From NCBI RefSeq assembly GCF_009914755.1, contig NC_060927.1: a stretch of 64,000 nucleotides of DNA; one strand, given 5' to 3'. Of the stretch, positions 13,770-27,960 are shown piece by piece (positions within the stretch are counted from its first letter, which is position 1; every line of letters starts with the position of its first letter). Position numbers and translations under genes: made by a program. This DNA comes from the human T2T-CHM13v2.0 reference genome, Homo sapiens. The notes under the pieces are model-generated. The model had not been told where the DNA came from, made no database searches, and worked only from the letters and a program-made list of their open reading frames with translations.

Positions 13770-14788
13770 CACTGAGGATCTCTGCATTACACAGTTCTCA
13801 GAGGACAGGATGAAAGGATGAAGCTGTGTCTTAAGTCTTCTCTCCTTCCTTTCTCCCTCCTTTTCTTTTTCACAATGTTTTCTAAGTGTCCATATGTATC
13901 CTCTATGTACAGGAGATGTATTCTCATCCATATAGTTTATCACACAGTAATTTGAATATAGAGGTTGCTTAACAAATGCTTGGTGAATTTTTGCCAACTG
14001 CATCCTAAATGCCAAGAATCCTAAATGGTCTGGGTCTATTCTGAACTCCAAATTTGATGTTGAGAAAGTTGATTCCTGGTTTCTGGTCACTTGATGTATC
14101 TTTTGCGTGTCTCTAGAGATCTGACTTAGCTGATTTAGCTGATTTCTGGGGAAAGACCCACTTGGATGCTTATCAGCCTTTATGCAGAGCCGGCAGTTCA
14201 CCTGCTAAGATCGTAGTGGAGAGTGACATACATTAGTTTGCCAATAAATTCTGATGAATGCATGGATGAGCTGTTACAATTAAGTCAAGCTATATGACCA
14301 GGACTGCAATTTGAGACATTGTTTAAAGCACCTACCCATTTTCTCCAGCAATTCTTTCTTTCATTTGCGGATGAAGTCTAGATTTGGGAAATATGTCCCG
14401 AATAGATTTTCTATTTAGCCCCCCTTGAGAGTAGGCAGGCAATGGAAGGAAGAGCTGATTTCTGGGCAGTTTTTCTGGCACTGTAGCTTCTGTATCACTG
14501 GAGTGTCACTTGTCAATAGAACTCAGAGAATCTTAAATGTGATGATAACACAGAAGATGGCTCCCAAAATATGCATTTAAATCAGGCAGCATCTTTATTG
14601 GGTGTGTTAGTTCCAGGCATTCATTGCTTTATTGCCTGTCAATACCTACAGGCCAGAATTGCCACATCTTGAGGGCTATCCATTGGTATTCTTTGCTGGT
14701 TTGGAAGTACAGCACTGTCCTCTCTGTGATTACACGTAGTAGAAGAGAGTCCTGTTGTAATTGTATTTCATGGAAACTGTTTCTATAA

Positions 14789-15085
<297 letters not shown>

Positions 15086-15197
15086 TAATTTCTTGTTTTA
15101 TCTAATATGGTTCCAGATAATGAACAAGGTGCATCCGAAGTGTTAGAAAGTTATACAATTGCCAGCCTCAGCAGAGTTTGAATTCTTTTTTCTCTGG

Positions 15198-15300
15198 TGC
15201 TATTATTTGAATGTTTTTTCCCCAAAAAATAGATGTTGAAATTTGCTTGCCATTGCAGCATTGAGAGGTGGGACCTTTGAGAGGTGACTGGGCTGTGAGC
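15198..15300 (+). mobile_element. MST/MLT1A-type LTR 5' fragment
   Basis: TTTGAATG...GTTGAAAT...TTGAGAGGTGGGACCTTTGAGAGGTGA. Confidence 0.6.
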
Positions 15301-15303
15301 AAC

Positions 15304-15651
15304 TGTATTAGTCCATTCTCACACTGCTATAAGGAAAAACCTGAGACTGGGTAATTTATAAAGAAAAGAGGCTTAATTGGCTCCTGGATGCACAGGCTGT
15401 ACAGGAAGCATGGCTACGGAGGCCCCAGGAAACTTTCAATCACAGGAGAAAGTGAAGGAGAAGCAAGCAAGTCTTACATGGCCAGGAAAGGAGGAAGAGA
15501 GCCAAGGGGGAGGTACTACACAATTTTAAACAACCAGATCTTGTGAGAACTCTCTCACTATCATAAGAACAGCAAGGGGGAAGTCTGCCTCCATGAGCCA
15601 GTCACCTCTCACCAGGCCCCTGTTCCAACACTGGGGGTTACAATTTGACAT
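15304..15651 (-). mobile_element. MSTA LTR, 5'-truncated
   Basis: TGTATTAGTCCATTCTCACACTGCTATAA...CAGGCTGTACAGGAAGCATGGC...TTTAAACAACCAGATCT. Confidence 0.88.
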
Positions 15652-15749
15652 TTTTTTCAGGTCAAGAAACATGAAGGTCCAGCTCATTTGGGAAATGATT
15701 TTGGACTGAGGCTCTAGAGAATGATGATGGTGATAATGATAATAAATAT

Positions 15750-16199
15750 TTTCATGCGCATCCGTGTGAAGATACCACCAAACAGGCTTTGTGTGAGCAA
15801 TAAAGCTTTTAATCACCTGGGTGCAGGTGGGCCGAGTCCCAAAAGATAGTCAGCAAAGGGAGATAAGGGTGGGGCCGTTTTATAGGATTTGGGTAGAAAA
15901 AGGAAAATTACAGTCAAAGGGGAGTTGTTCTCTGGTGGGCAGAGTGGGGGTCGCAAGGTGCTCAGTGGGGGAGCTTTTTGAGCCAGGATGAGCCAGGAAA
16001 AGGACTTTCACAAGGTAATGTCGTCACTTAAGGCAAGGACCGGCCATTTACACTTCTTTTGTGGTGGAATGTCATCAGTTAAGGCGGAGCAGGGCATATT
16101 CACTTCTTTTGTGATTCTTCAGTTACTTCAGGCCATCTGGGTGTGTACGTGCAAGTCACAGGGGATGTGATGGCTTGGCTTGGGCTCAGAGGCCTGACA
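15750..16199 (-). mobile_element. LTR7 (HERV-H) solo LTR, 450 bp
   Basis: Minus strand reads TGTCAGGCCTCTGAGCCCAAG...GCGCATGAAA. Perfect 5-bp TSD AATAT (15745-15749, 16200-16204). TATAAAA on the minus strand at 15878-15884. Confidence 0.96.
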
Positions 16200-16399
16200 A
16201 ATATAACAATACCTAACATTCATTCAACACATATTTAATGAGCACTTACTGTATTCCAGATACCACTCTGGGTGCTCCAGAAAAACTGATGAACAAACAG
16301 AATTGTCCTGAGTCCTCAGTATGGATCAAACCCTGTGCTAAACACTTCTCATGCATTATTTTATTTAATCCTCCCAACAATTCTACAAAGCAGTATATT

Positions 16400-16860
16400 T
16401 TTTCTCTATTGTGATATAACAAATCCCAAAACTTAGCAGCTTAAAACAGAAAACATTATGTCACAGTTTCTGTGTGTCACGAATTAAACTTACGAGGTTC
16501 TGGCTTAGAGTATCTCATGTGGTTGCAGTCAAGATCTGAAGGTTTGACTGATACGGCAGAATGGTTTTAAGATGGCTTGTTCACATGGCTGTTGGGAGGT
16601 GGTCTTGTTTCCTCGCCTCGTGAACCTCTCAAAAAAAACTTGATGTCCTCACAACGTGGTAGCTGGCTTCCCTCAAAGTGAGTAATCCAATAAAACAATA
16701 CAGAAGCCTTTATATGTCACCTCAGAAAGTTACTCTTTTTTATTTCCACAATATCCTACAGGTTATACCCACTAGCCCCTATTCATTGTGGTGGTAGACC
16801 GCAAGGGCTGGAAGACCAGCAGTCAGGGATCATTGTGGGGCACCATGGAAGCTGGTTACC
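16400..16860 (-). mobile_element. MLT1F/G/H-type LTR inserted in a MIR
   Basis: CCCAAAACTTAGCAGCTTAAAACA...CACAGTTTCTGTG...GGTTGCAGTCAAGAT. MIR halves flank it. Confidence 0.65.
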
Positions 16861-17810
16861 ATAAGGAGATACATTTTTATCTACCATTTTCAACATGTAG
16901 AAACCGAGGCTTGGAAGGGTTGAATAGTGTTCCATTCATCCTATGGTTGATAAGCCCTGGCTTGAATGACTCTTCAGCCCAGCATAATGGACTCTAATAC
17001 CAAATTTAGACCACCACCTTTAAGACAATTTTATATGTTACTGTCAAACAATGAGTCCAAGGCGCAAAGGGACTATAAATCTCTCCTCCCATCTTTATGT
17101 TTCATAATTTAGAGCTGGGTGTAAGTTGATTTTCAAATCCTTTATTTAAGAAATCAGGAGGAGGACTCAAAGAAATGAGTCACTTGCTTGGTTCACATAA
17201 CAGGACACTGAACCTGAATCCCTTGGCTTGGTGTTCATTGTTCTTCCTCTAGATATAGATAAGGAAGGACAACCTCTAGATCGATTCATGTTATGTATTT
17301 TCATTGTGGGTCAGTAGGTGGTTAGAAAGAGAAACACACTCAAGCTAGGCTAAGTAAAGAGGAAGTATTTTAAGAAAATAAAGGAATCGCGGTGAACCAA
17401 TTAAAGGAAATTCAGCCAAACCTCGTGGAATTCGTAAATTCTTCAGGCAGCTGTCATCTCATTTTCTTTGTTCACGGAACATACTATCTCTGATCTCGTT
17501 TACCTAGTTCTCTCCTATGTAGACTGTCTCTCTTCAAGATTTTTATTTTTACCTTCTCATAAATTAGAGAATGATATAAGGCTTTTACTTTCATGGTACT
17601 GATTCTAATCTCTCTCAGCATGATTGTATTGCTTCAGGGCATGAATATATTTGACTCAGTTTCTGTGTCTTAATACATTATCTGAGAAGAAAAGATGTGA
17701 TTGGCCCAGCTTAGGCCAGTGTGTCAACCTTTGCCCAACTAGTCACAGCCAGAGGAGCAAGCTTATGTGGCATATACAGCTGTCAATTATATGCCATGGG
17801 AAGGTCAAGC

Positions 17811-18071
17811 TATTTTATTTTTATTTTTTAGAGACAGGATCTTGCTCTGTCACCCAGGTGGTGTGCCATGGCACCATCATAGCTTACTGCAGCCTCAAAC
17901 TGCCAGGTTCAAGCAACCATTCTCCCTCAACCTAATTTTTCTTTTATTTTCCGTAAAGATGAGGTCGTGCTACATAGCCTAGGCTTGTCTCAAACTCCTG
18001 GGCTCAAGCAACCCTCCTGCCCAGGCCTACCAAGGTGCTAGGATTACAGGCATGAGCCACCACACCTGGCC
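17811..18071 (-). mobile_element. AluJ with an internal deletion
   Basis: GAGACAGGATCTTGCTCTGTCACCCAGG...CTCCTGGGCTCAAGC...CCTGGCC. TSD AGGTCAAGCTATTTT/AGGTCAAACTGTTTT. Confidence 0.9.
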
Positions 18072-18127
18072 AGGTCAAACTGTTTTTTAAAGGATGTTAA
18101 AAAGTCAAGTTTGGGGATATACTGGGA

Positions 18128-18357
18128 CTAGTTCTCAACTGGGGCAATTTCTCCCAGGGATCATTTGGTAATGTCTGGAGATATTTGGGTCTACCCATTT
18201 GTCACAACAAGGGAGCTGCTACTGATACCTAGTGGGTAGAGGCCATGAATCCTATTGAACATCCTGCAATGCCCAGGACAACCCCTGCGCCCCCGAATCC
18301 CCACAACGAAGAATTCTCGAGCTCAAAATGTCAATGGTGCTGAGGTTGAAAAACTAG
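18128..18357 (+). mobile_element. MER20
   Basis: GTTCTCAACTGGGG...ATTTGGTAATGTCTGGAGA...AAAATGTCAATGGTGCTGAGGTTGAAAAAC. Confidence 0.85.
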
Positions 18358-19039
18358 CACTATGATTATTTACTTACTCTACACTACAGTCAACACAGTG
18401 AGCACCTCTAATGCAGGGAAGGCAGGCAGTTAGATGAGTAAAGCTATTTCCCTCTCTCTTAAAGAAGAAACTCTTGGCCCTAGAAGCCAATAAGCATTAT
18501 AAAACAAAACCATGATGGTTTCTCATGTTCTTTGCCAAAGAAAGCCTTGAAGCCGTTAACTATAAATCTTCATTTTGTTTCCAGTTCATTTTTATCTCTA
18601 ATGATCTAGAAATAGAATTGCCTTTAGGATTTGGATACAAAACACAAAGTGCAATGCATTGCTTATGCTGACAGAGGGGGAAATGGTATCTAGCCCTAAG
18701 ATTTGTAAGAAGTTAAGCCACATAACAGTAATATTTTTATCTCAGGAAAACTTTGTTCGACTTTGGGAACTCTGAACACTTTGGTGTGGTTGGTTCAAAC
18801 AAAAGGGCTATCCTTTCTGCATTCCAGGCAAAAGTCAATAAAGTATTGAGTGTTCTTTATTCTCATGTTGATTATTTATATTTCTGGTAACATTCTACTC
18901 CAAAATCCTTCAATCCATTGGCATGTATGGGCAAGTCTATTGTGTTGCTATGATCAAAATTGTTTTGGTGGCCTAGATCTCTAAATGAAAATTAAATATA
19001 AAGTGTGACTATAAATTAAAATTTCAGTATAGTTATTCA

Positions 19040-19340
19040 CATCATGGAGTGAGAAATTTCATATACCTGGATGGAATCGCAGCTGTACCTATTACTGATA
19101 GAATGACATTTTTGATAGAATGACATTTGCTTTCTAACCTCAGCTTCCTCGTCTTTATTTTTGATAGAATGACATTTGCTTCCTAAGCTCAGTTTGCTCA
19201 TCTGTAAAATAGGGATTATAGACATTTCTACTTTTTAAGATTGTGCTGATTTTTTTAAGATTTAAGAAAATCTTCTATATAATGTTTTTTGCACAATGTC
19301 TGACTCCCTTCAGAGGCTCACTAAATGATAATATCTGTTT
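19040..19340 (+). mobile_element. MIR with internal tandem duplications
   Basis: CTCAGTTTGCTCATCTGTAAAATAGGGATT; three copies of TGATAGAATGACATTT. Confidence 0.65.
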
Positions 19341-20739
19341 TCTATCTCACTAGTAAATGTGGATAATGCTTAGAGAGAAACTTTTTTTATGAGTTTTGTT
19401 TCATATTAATTGAACACGGTGGAATTTTAGCCATCATCTTTTCTTAGAAATGCTTCCAACTAATTATCCTGGATATTACTAATACTGGTAAGTCATCTTC
19501 AGGAATGCATGTTTATAATAGGAATTTTGAAAATTTCAGAGATACATCCATGCACTAAAATCACCCATGATATCATTGCCCAGGGAGTATTACTACATTG
19601 TAAGATAACATATTAATATATGTCCTTCCAGTCTTACCCCACTACTAAAAAGCAAACTCACATTGTAGGTATTTTATTGAACTAAAATGCTGTAGCAAAG
19701 TTTTATGGATGGCTTGTTTCACTTAATATATGATGACCATTTCCCAAGTGAATACATATTCTTCAAAAACTTATTGTTAATAGCTATATGGGTTTTTCAG
19801 AGGTGGATACACCACCATTTATTTAACTATCCTCTCCACTTTATGGCATTTACAGAGTTTCTTGCATTCCCAATCTCAGTTCCCTAGGAATAGACAGGCA
19901 TCAACTTCTCTGCGTGACAGCAGTTGATAGTTTATACACCACGTTTGTCCTAAACATATTCTGTCTTATGCAGTGAATTTCCCATGGTAAGTGTTCCAAT
20001 TGCTCTTATTTGCCTTCCTCTGAAATTTCAGGTCAGTTGCCTTTTACAGTGTTTTCAAAAACAAGAGAATAGCTATCATTTTAAAAGAAGCATATATTGG
20101 ATTGCTTTAAGGTTGAGAATCTGAGAGCAGATTATTTAAAATGGAACAGAAAATGTGGGGTAAAACCTTAGCAGCTTATTCAAGAGTATAATATATATTT
20201 GGAGAAAATTTTAAGTGGTGATCTTTTATTTCAAAAATGATATTCTATTTTCTAATAATTGAAAACACCAAATTACACACTTGCCAAATTAAGTTATGAA
20301 GTAGTCATTTATAAATACTTATAAAAGCATTATATCCTTGAACCTGTGCCTAGCACTATTCTGAAGGAATGTAAGTCATTATACCCTAATTAGTAATTAA
20401 TCTATAACCCAAAATGGAAGTGGGGAGCATGCTACTCAATATCTTTAGTTGAGAACAACTAAAAATATTACCTACAGCCTTTCATTAATTTCCAAGTTCT
20501 TCTCGGGGACTAAAAGTTAAAATCAAATAAAGATTCATAAACAAGAGGTTGATGACTCAAAACACACCTATTTATTTGAGAACAATTTTTCCAAGCAAAT
20601 GATTTAAAACAAACAAAAATAAATTTCTGGAGGGCTTATGAAGTTACGTTCTATGATTCTGATTAATCTACAATGGCATGAAAATAGTATCGATCTCAAA
20701 GTTGTAAAAATAATGGAACATAATTAATACCAGTAATAA

Positions 20740-20970
20740 TAATAAAAATAATGTTTACCATTTTTTAAGGCTATTATGTGCTACTGTCCCAACTACTCTA
20801 AGTCTATACACTTATTTAATTCTAACTCTAACCCTATAAGGTATGTCCTCCCATTATTTCCATTTTATTCGCCAGGAAACTGAGGATCAGCGAAATTTGG
20901 TGACTGACTCAAAAATCACATAGCCAGTCATGGCATAGCCAGAAGGTCAGCCTGGGCTGTCTTCAGGGCT
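20740..20970 (-). mobile_element. MIR
   Basis: AACCCTATAAGGTA...CCATTTTA...GGAAACTGAGG. Confidence 0.7.
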
Positions 20971-23900
20971 CATCATTCATCAAGCATAGGCAAACTCTTA
21001 ACTAACATGAACACAAGTTATATTCCAAGGGCATTCTTATAAGATGCAAAATATCTGGGTGAGAGGGAAGTAAAACCAACCATGTGGATACTTACAGAAA
21101 CACCCAGTTCATTGGGCAATACCTGCCCCTTTTTTTTCTACATCATAAAGATGATTGCACTTTCATTGTTATGGAGCAATTAGAAGCAGTTCTTTCAGTG
21201 CTTTTATTTTTATAGAATGATTGAAGCTTCATTGTTTAAGGCATAGTGGGAGTGGTAAAATTTTCGTGCAGTTTTCTCTATTTAGGATTTTGTTGTCTTG
21301 TAATTTTTATCTGTTTCTAACATGGACAAATATGGGGGGTGGGGGGCATTTAACTAGTTGTTAGTAGGGGAGGTCCTTTAATCCCTTGTGGATTTTAGCA
21401 TCACTGTAATTAAGAAAAAAATCTCTATGATAAGTTCAGAAGTCTTTCTTCTCATTCCATGTAAATTATGACCATTTGGATGACTGATTACTAGCAACCT
21501 TCACCTGGTGTTCTTGCCGTCTTATACTGGATCACCAGCAAGAGAAAGTGTTAACAAAAAGGCCAGGTTACATCAGAAAACTTTCTTTCACGGCAGTGAA
21601 AACCCAAGTTTAAAACAAAACAAAACAAACAAATAAAAAAACCCTTTAGTTAATACAATGAAAAAGTCATCCTGCTATTTCTGTGAAGAAACAAAACTTA
21701 CAACGTAACAGAACATTTTGCTCCTGGCTCATCATACTTAGTCCCCAAGATAAGTGCAAATGAGACAGAGAAGACATACATAAAGACTTCGACCCAGGAA
21801 AACAGACTGACAGAGAAGATGAGACAGACCAGACAGTGAGAGAAAGAAACATACAAAGCATATGAGAAAGAGAGGGTCAGAGATTAAGGGTAGTAAAAGA
21901 GAGTAGTTAATAAAGAAATGCTTAGAAGGAACATTAATACATCTATCCATAAAATGGCTTGATTCATTTTCCCCAAGAACTGTTTGTATTCAGTCTTACA
22001 GTTTATAACTATTTTTTAACAAAATAAAATTTGACAGATGTAACTTTAATTTTTTTTTCAAGTGGCATTATATGAGATTCTAGAACAAGAACTTCTGCAA
22101 AAATTCCTTCTGGTGATTGCTCCTGGGAAAAAGTCATGATACAATTTTCTTGACCACATACCATCATATTTCCTAGAGACAGCCATGGTAGAGAAAAAGG
22201 TTTGATAATTGAAGGAAGTTTGAAATTCAGCAACAGTTTTTCATAGGATAACATGAGATATATGTGAGAAGGATTATGTATGATAGCCTCTGCTTAGCCT
22301 TCCAAAACATGACAGTGTATTAAAGGCTCTGAGAAATTCTGTAGACAAGTAGCTTATTAAACTTGAACACAATATTTCCCAAACTTTTTAGAACCTTTTT
22401 AACTGTAACATTTATTTGTCTCCTCTAGTCCCCAGAATTCCATGCAATAGACTTGGGGCCATGATGCTGTAGAGTCTGTGGACTATGATTTGTTTTTTAG
22501 GAATGTCTTTCAAGTCTTCCGAGTTAATGGATAGTGTGATGCCCGAAGATAGCTAAGTGTTGCCTAAGACTGGCTGGCCAGAGAGTACACAACTGATCCT
22601 ATACTGATGTGATTTATAGTATCTCAGTGACATGTCGGGCTCAACTGCAGCTTGGAAATCATCTAGAGAGCTTCCAGAGCAAGCCTAGTATGAAAAACCC
22701 TAAGCCCCTATTTATATTCACAAATATTAAACGTTTTTGGGGACAGAGAAGATGACCTATTTTGGTTCTGCCATTTGTTACTTGTCATCCACACACGATG
22801 AAATACTGAGATAATGAATTGCTGTGGTGGATCAGGGATGCATGCCACAAAGGCTGGCTGTGGTTCCTTCATTACTGTCTCTGTTTGAAACTTGCTTTGT
22901 TCTTTTTAAACACACCAAAGCTTGTTTAGTAGATGGAATGCTGAACGCATTTGACTTTATCAGAAGACATTTATAAAGGGAAATTCGATTGTTCTTATTA
23001 GAAGAGGATCTTGCATAACATCTTTAGTGAAGTGATGGCATTTTCAGGCATGCTTTCTGAATCTTATGCAAATCCTCCTTGAAACAGCATTTAGTCCCCA
23101 ACTTGGCACCTAAGCATGTACAGGTGTGTGAGAGATGCAAGTCTGCATTCATAAGAGGAATGAGAGGATGAATGTACAAGAACTGTCAAAGCTTTTTATA
23201 CTGCCTAATAAAAGATAGGTGTCTACGTTTGTTCCTCCTAATAAAGACAGCTGGAATTCAGTCATCATATGTATCTATCTAATAGCAGATGTTGTCATCT
23301 TTCTGTTTGTTTGTTTGTTTTCTAGTTTAGAGCAGCAGTTGCCAGTTTCCAGCCCACTGGCAAAAACCATTCTCAGACCTGTTCCTGAGGTCAGCAGAGT
23401 ATTGAAAAAATTGACTTTGCATGCCTTTAAATGGGACACTCCAGTTTCCCACAAGGCTCACTCTTTCTTATTATTGCACTAGGCTCTGACAGGTTGATGT
23501 TCCTGCCTGGTCCTTAAAGGCAATGGAATGTGTGGTAACAAGCTCATACAGTCGTTTCCTACTAATTTCAAGTGAATAAACTAATTTTGAATGAATTATT
23601 TTTTTCTAAAAAATTAATTTTGTAGAAAAAATATACTCTTTAATCAAAGTAATATATATAATCTGTTGTGAATATAAAAGTATGCATATATTCCATAATA
23701 GAAATATACATCAAAACATCACATTGTACCCCGTAATTATTTATCAATTAAAAATTTTTACAAAAGAAATGTATCTGTATAAACCTAACAAAGAAAGGAT
23801 AAAAATTAAAGTAATTCTTCATTTTTTTCTTTCTCACTAATCCTCTCACATCATAATTGCCAGAGGAAATTATCCTTGTCATATTTCTACACATCCTTAC

Positions 23901-25250
23901 AGAAAAATATTTGGGTACATGCAGGCCTACAGGTATAGACATATAAAACTTTATAAATAAAAATGATATTATATTGTACAGACTGCTCTGAACCTAAATT
24001 TTTTAGCGCAGGGAAATAAGTAGTTCACTGAAAGAAATAAAAATGGCTGGTAAACATGGAAAAAATGCTTACCGTCACTCACATGAAGAAATGTAAATTA
24101 AACACTGAACTACAGTGTTTCATCAATCAAATAGGCAGAGATGAAAAGTTTGGTAATATCCAGACTTAAGGAAGAAAGACAAAAAAATTACATTTAAATC
24201 ATACTCGGTGATAAACGGCTTACAAACTCAATTAGTTAGCCACTCTTCTCTATGGGGTTCACCAACAAAGAAGATGATAAATAGGAAATTTTGTGATGAG
24301 ACTGGCTGTTTCGGGTACATAATACAAATTATGTGCATTATAATTGCAATGACTTTAGCAACATCTCTTGAATGTTTAATTCTCTGCATTTTCTCAACAG
24401 GATCAGATTCATGACTGTGGGTATCATCTAAGAAATATTTCAAGAATTTTGATGTTATTTTAATGTGAAAACTATATATAAAATTAGATTTAATGCGTAT
24501 ACTTGGATTAATGTAGCAAGTCTCATTGTAAAGCCCATCTATATAGCCACTTAAGAGAAGCAAAATTCTCTGTATAAACATCTGTCATGATGTGTATGTC
24601 ATGTGTGTGAGAGAGAGAGATAGGTCATGGCACAGCACACCCAAAATCCTTGTCAGTTACCTAACTGCCATAAACTTGTTTACACATAACCTCAAATTCA
24701 CAAAGAAATTTCCCCAAAGTAGCCCCCAAGTCATTGGTTTTCATTTATCTCTAGAGAGCTCAGGTGTTTTCAAAGAACTGGTCTTCTCTGATATGATAGC
24801 ACTTTTCATCCTTTCTTTTTCCAGAAAGTGGGAAAAATGTTGTTCTAAATCTAAGGAGTCAGCTCCTCATCTCTTTAGCTGGGCTCCAGCCTAGATAAGG
24901 CAGGATTCTAGGGTCCTGTGTTATTAATGTGCTGTCCACATGAATAACTAGCAAATCTTGTGAATTATTTCACACTTCTAGGAAAATCTATAACCCTGTC
25001 CTTCTGCAACAACACTGGAAGCTGCCAAGGATACTGGTACATTGCTATGTGGAAAAATCTGATAACTTTATATAAGGAAGTAGTAAAACTTGTATCCCCT
25101 TCTGGGACCTGTATATAAACTTATACAGATGAGTAATATTTTAAAAAATTAATGATATATATGTTCCTCCATCCTCTGAAGCTCCTTGAATTTTTGAAAA
25201 CCTACCACCTCCCCCATACAAGTTCAAACAACAAGATATGAATTACCCAT

Positions 25251-25611
25251 TGATAAAGTTTGGCTGTGTCCCCACCCAAATCTCATCTTGAATTGTAGCT
25301 CCCATAATCCCCACATGTCATGGGAGGGACCCAGTTGGAGGTAACTGAATAATGGGGGCAGGTTTTCCCATGCTGTTCTTGTGATAGTGAATAAGTCTCA
25401 TGAGATCTGATGGTTTTATAAAGGGCAATTCCCCTGCATATGTTCTCTTGCTGCCACCATGTAATTTGTGCCATTGCTCCTCTTTTGCCTTCTGCCAGGA
25501 TTATGAGCCATCCTCAGCCATGTGAAACTATGAGTCCATTATACCTCTTTCATTTATACATTACCCAGTCTTGGGTATTTCTTTATAGGACTATGAAAAT
25601 GGACTAATGCA
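25251..25611 (+). mobile_element. THE1B/C solo LTR
   Basis: TGATA.AGTTTGGCTGTGTCCCCACCCAAATCTCATCTTGAATTGTAGCTCCC...GGACTAATGCA. Confidence 0.9.
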
Positions 25612-27149
25612 CTCACTAACCGGAGAAGAGATGCCCAAACATGTGGAGTTTAAATTCAAAACCTGTTAAGGTATTCAGATTTAAAATTGAAGAATGAGTA
25701 TTTTCCTGTTACCCATACTGTTGAGAGCAGAGGGAGAGGAGGAAGGAAGGACCACATGGGTAGCAGGAATGTGGCCTACTAGAGTAAAGGCCATCTGTGA
25801 CTAGTACCAGAGAGATGTGACTTTATCTAAAGATCCATATCTCCAGCCTCCAGCCAAGAGAACACTGTACTTGACAGCTCACTACACTTTGTTCCAGCCA
25901 TTTTATTAGCTGCCTTCAAGTGAAGACCATCCATTAACAGCAGCTAGATATTGCACATTGATTTTCCAACAAAAGTCATAAACACAGGCATCCTTCGACC
26001 TCCTTAGCCTCCTACCCTGCATAGGTGACCCCCAGGAAACGAGAGGAGAAACCTGGGTTCCTAGATGGGTGGAGTAGTCATAGGAAGGAAATCTTATGCA
26101 CCAACTCTGTAAGAACAGATGGGTTTGAGATCACCAACTGACCTAAGACATTGGTGGAACACTCTCACCCTCCCCATTTCACCTGTTTCGTTTATGAAAT
26201 GAAAAGCAAGTCCAATAATATCTGATATTACTTGGTATTTTCATTATTGCATCATTTTAATAATTGAGGGTAAAATTTATTGGACTATCAATTTATATTA
26301 CTTAGGCTTATAAAATGATTGGGCAATTAACTAGACACTCATTCAAAGGAAGGTCACATCCTTTAAATTTAGAGTGACCTGTACATGCTAACTTAGAAGT
26401 CGTCATTCATGGTCTCCTTTGGTGCCTATGCACTAATTTTGCTTTATGCCAGATGCCTCTTCTCATCAATGTCTCCCGGGTACAAGAAACCTAAACCTTC
26501 TCAATAGAGGTTCAAGTAAAAAGGGAAGTTATTGTGAGAATATACTTGGGGTCATGGAATTCAAGAGCAGAGATTGATTGCTCTACAGCATGCCTTGAGG
26601 CACCTGAAACTGAAATACTGATTTCAGCAGGCAGCCCATTTGTGTTCCCCATAGCTCTTTCTCATGGGAGATGTTGCCTTTCATCTTGGGCTCATTCTGG
26701 ATATTTGCCTTGTTCTCTTTTCTTTACAAACCAGGGAGGTTAAGTCTGTCCATGTCACCTGGCAATGATCTTCTCAACTAAATGGAACACTACTTAGAGT
26801 AGTAGGCTAAAACTGGTAATTTTACTGGTTTGTAGTTACTGAGTTCTTACTGTGTGCCAGACTCTGTGTATTGAATTTATTACTTATATCATCCTTATAA
26901 TAGCCTTATAAGATAGGTACTATTATTCCCACTTTACAAGGGAAGAACCTGATGCCTTAGAGAAGTTAGATCATTCCTTCCAGGACATGGTAGGGATAGA
27001 TATGGGACCCCATGTGGGAACTGCTGGAAATAATGGGCAGAAGACAGGATCAGAAGCAAGGGTAGGAAAGATTCAGAGTACCAGTTCACTTCTTATATTT
27101 GCTCTCTAGGAGAACAATAACACCAGTCACACTAGCCTCCTGATTAAGC

Positions 27150-27960
27150 TCTTCCTTCAACATACACACCATCATCATTCATGTTCCATATGTTTACATT
27201 CCAAATTCATCCATTTCTCCTCATTCCCGAATTTCAAGACTGCCATTATCTAGACTCATATCTCAACACTTGTTAATCCATCTGATTGAAATGCATCCTC
27301 AAAACCCCTTCTTCATACCATCTGACTCTTCATTACTCAACTTAGATCATCAATTCCAGAGGTCCTTCCTGAAGCCGCTATGCCTAAGTTAATAATGCCC
27401 ACCTGTGAGTCCTTGGAACAGCCTGTATAACATTTCTCATAACTCACTGTAATGTACTATAATCTTTGTTGACTTGTTATCTCCTTTGCTAGAGAGACTT
27501 ACTCACTCATTCATTCATTCAGCAATTATTTTTGGAGTATTGACTATGTGCCAGGAATTATGCCAAATACTTAATCACATAATGCTGAACAAAGACAGCC
27601 CCTTGCTGTCATGGAACCTACAGTCCAGCAGGAGAGACAGACCATGATCTAATCATACCTAAACATATACAAGTAAACCACACATTCAGAAGGAAAAGAA
27701 TTCTGTCCTTGGAGAGGATTCAATAATGAGGAATATAAAGGAGATTGGGGAACTAAGAAGACTTCCGTGAAGACGTGACAGGAAGCCTGAAATGTGAGGT
27801 ACAGCTCAAGCTAGTGGGTGAGCAGCATTGCAGGCATAGAAGAGAGCATGCAGAAAAGCCATGGGTTTTAATCAAAAAGTTGAGAGAAAGCCATGGTGGT
27901 GGAAGCCCATAGGACAATGAAATTGCATGAGACAGAAGGCTGAAAAGTTAGATACGGCCA
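27150..27960. mobile_element. Two opposed L2 fragments (+ ~27150-27500, - ~27505-27960)
   Basis: CATTCATTCATTC tail, GACTATGTGCCAGG and GGAACCTACAGTCCAG. Confidence 0.55.

Noticed and set aside
13731-14201. 156-aa minus-strand ORF
   Set aside because: Non-ATG start, overlaps MER20/L2 remnants and low-complexity sequence, no recognisable domain.
19096-19177. Three spaced 16-bp direct repeats resembling a CRISPR array
   Set aside because: Eukaryotic MIR context, spacers are irregular and themselves duplicated, no cas genes.
24374-24426. Strong-looking acceptor (TTCTCTGCATTTTCTCAACAG) with a possible 20-nt micro-exon
   Set aside because: The donor (TGG/GTATCA) is weak and the length is frameshifting. 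Such pseudo-acceptors are common in long introns.
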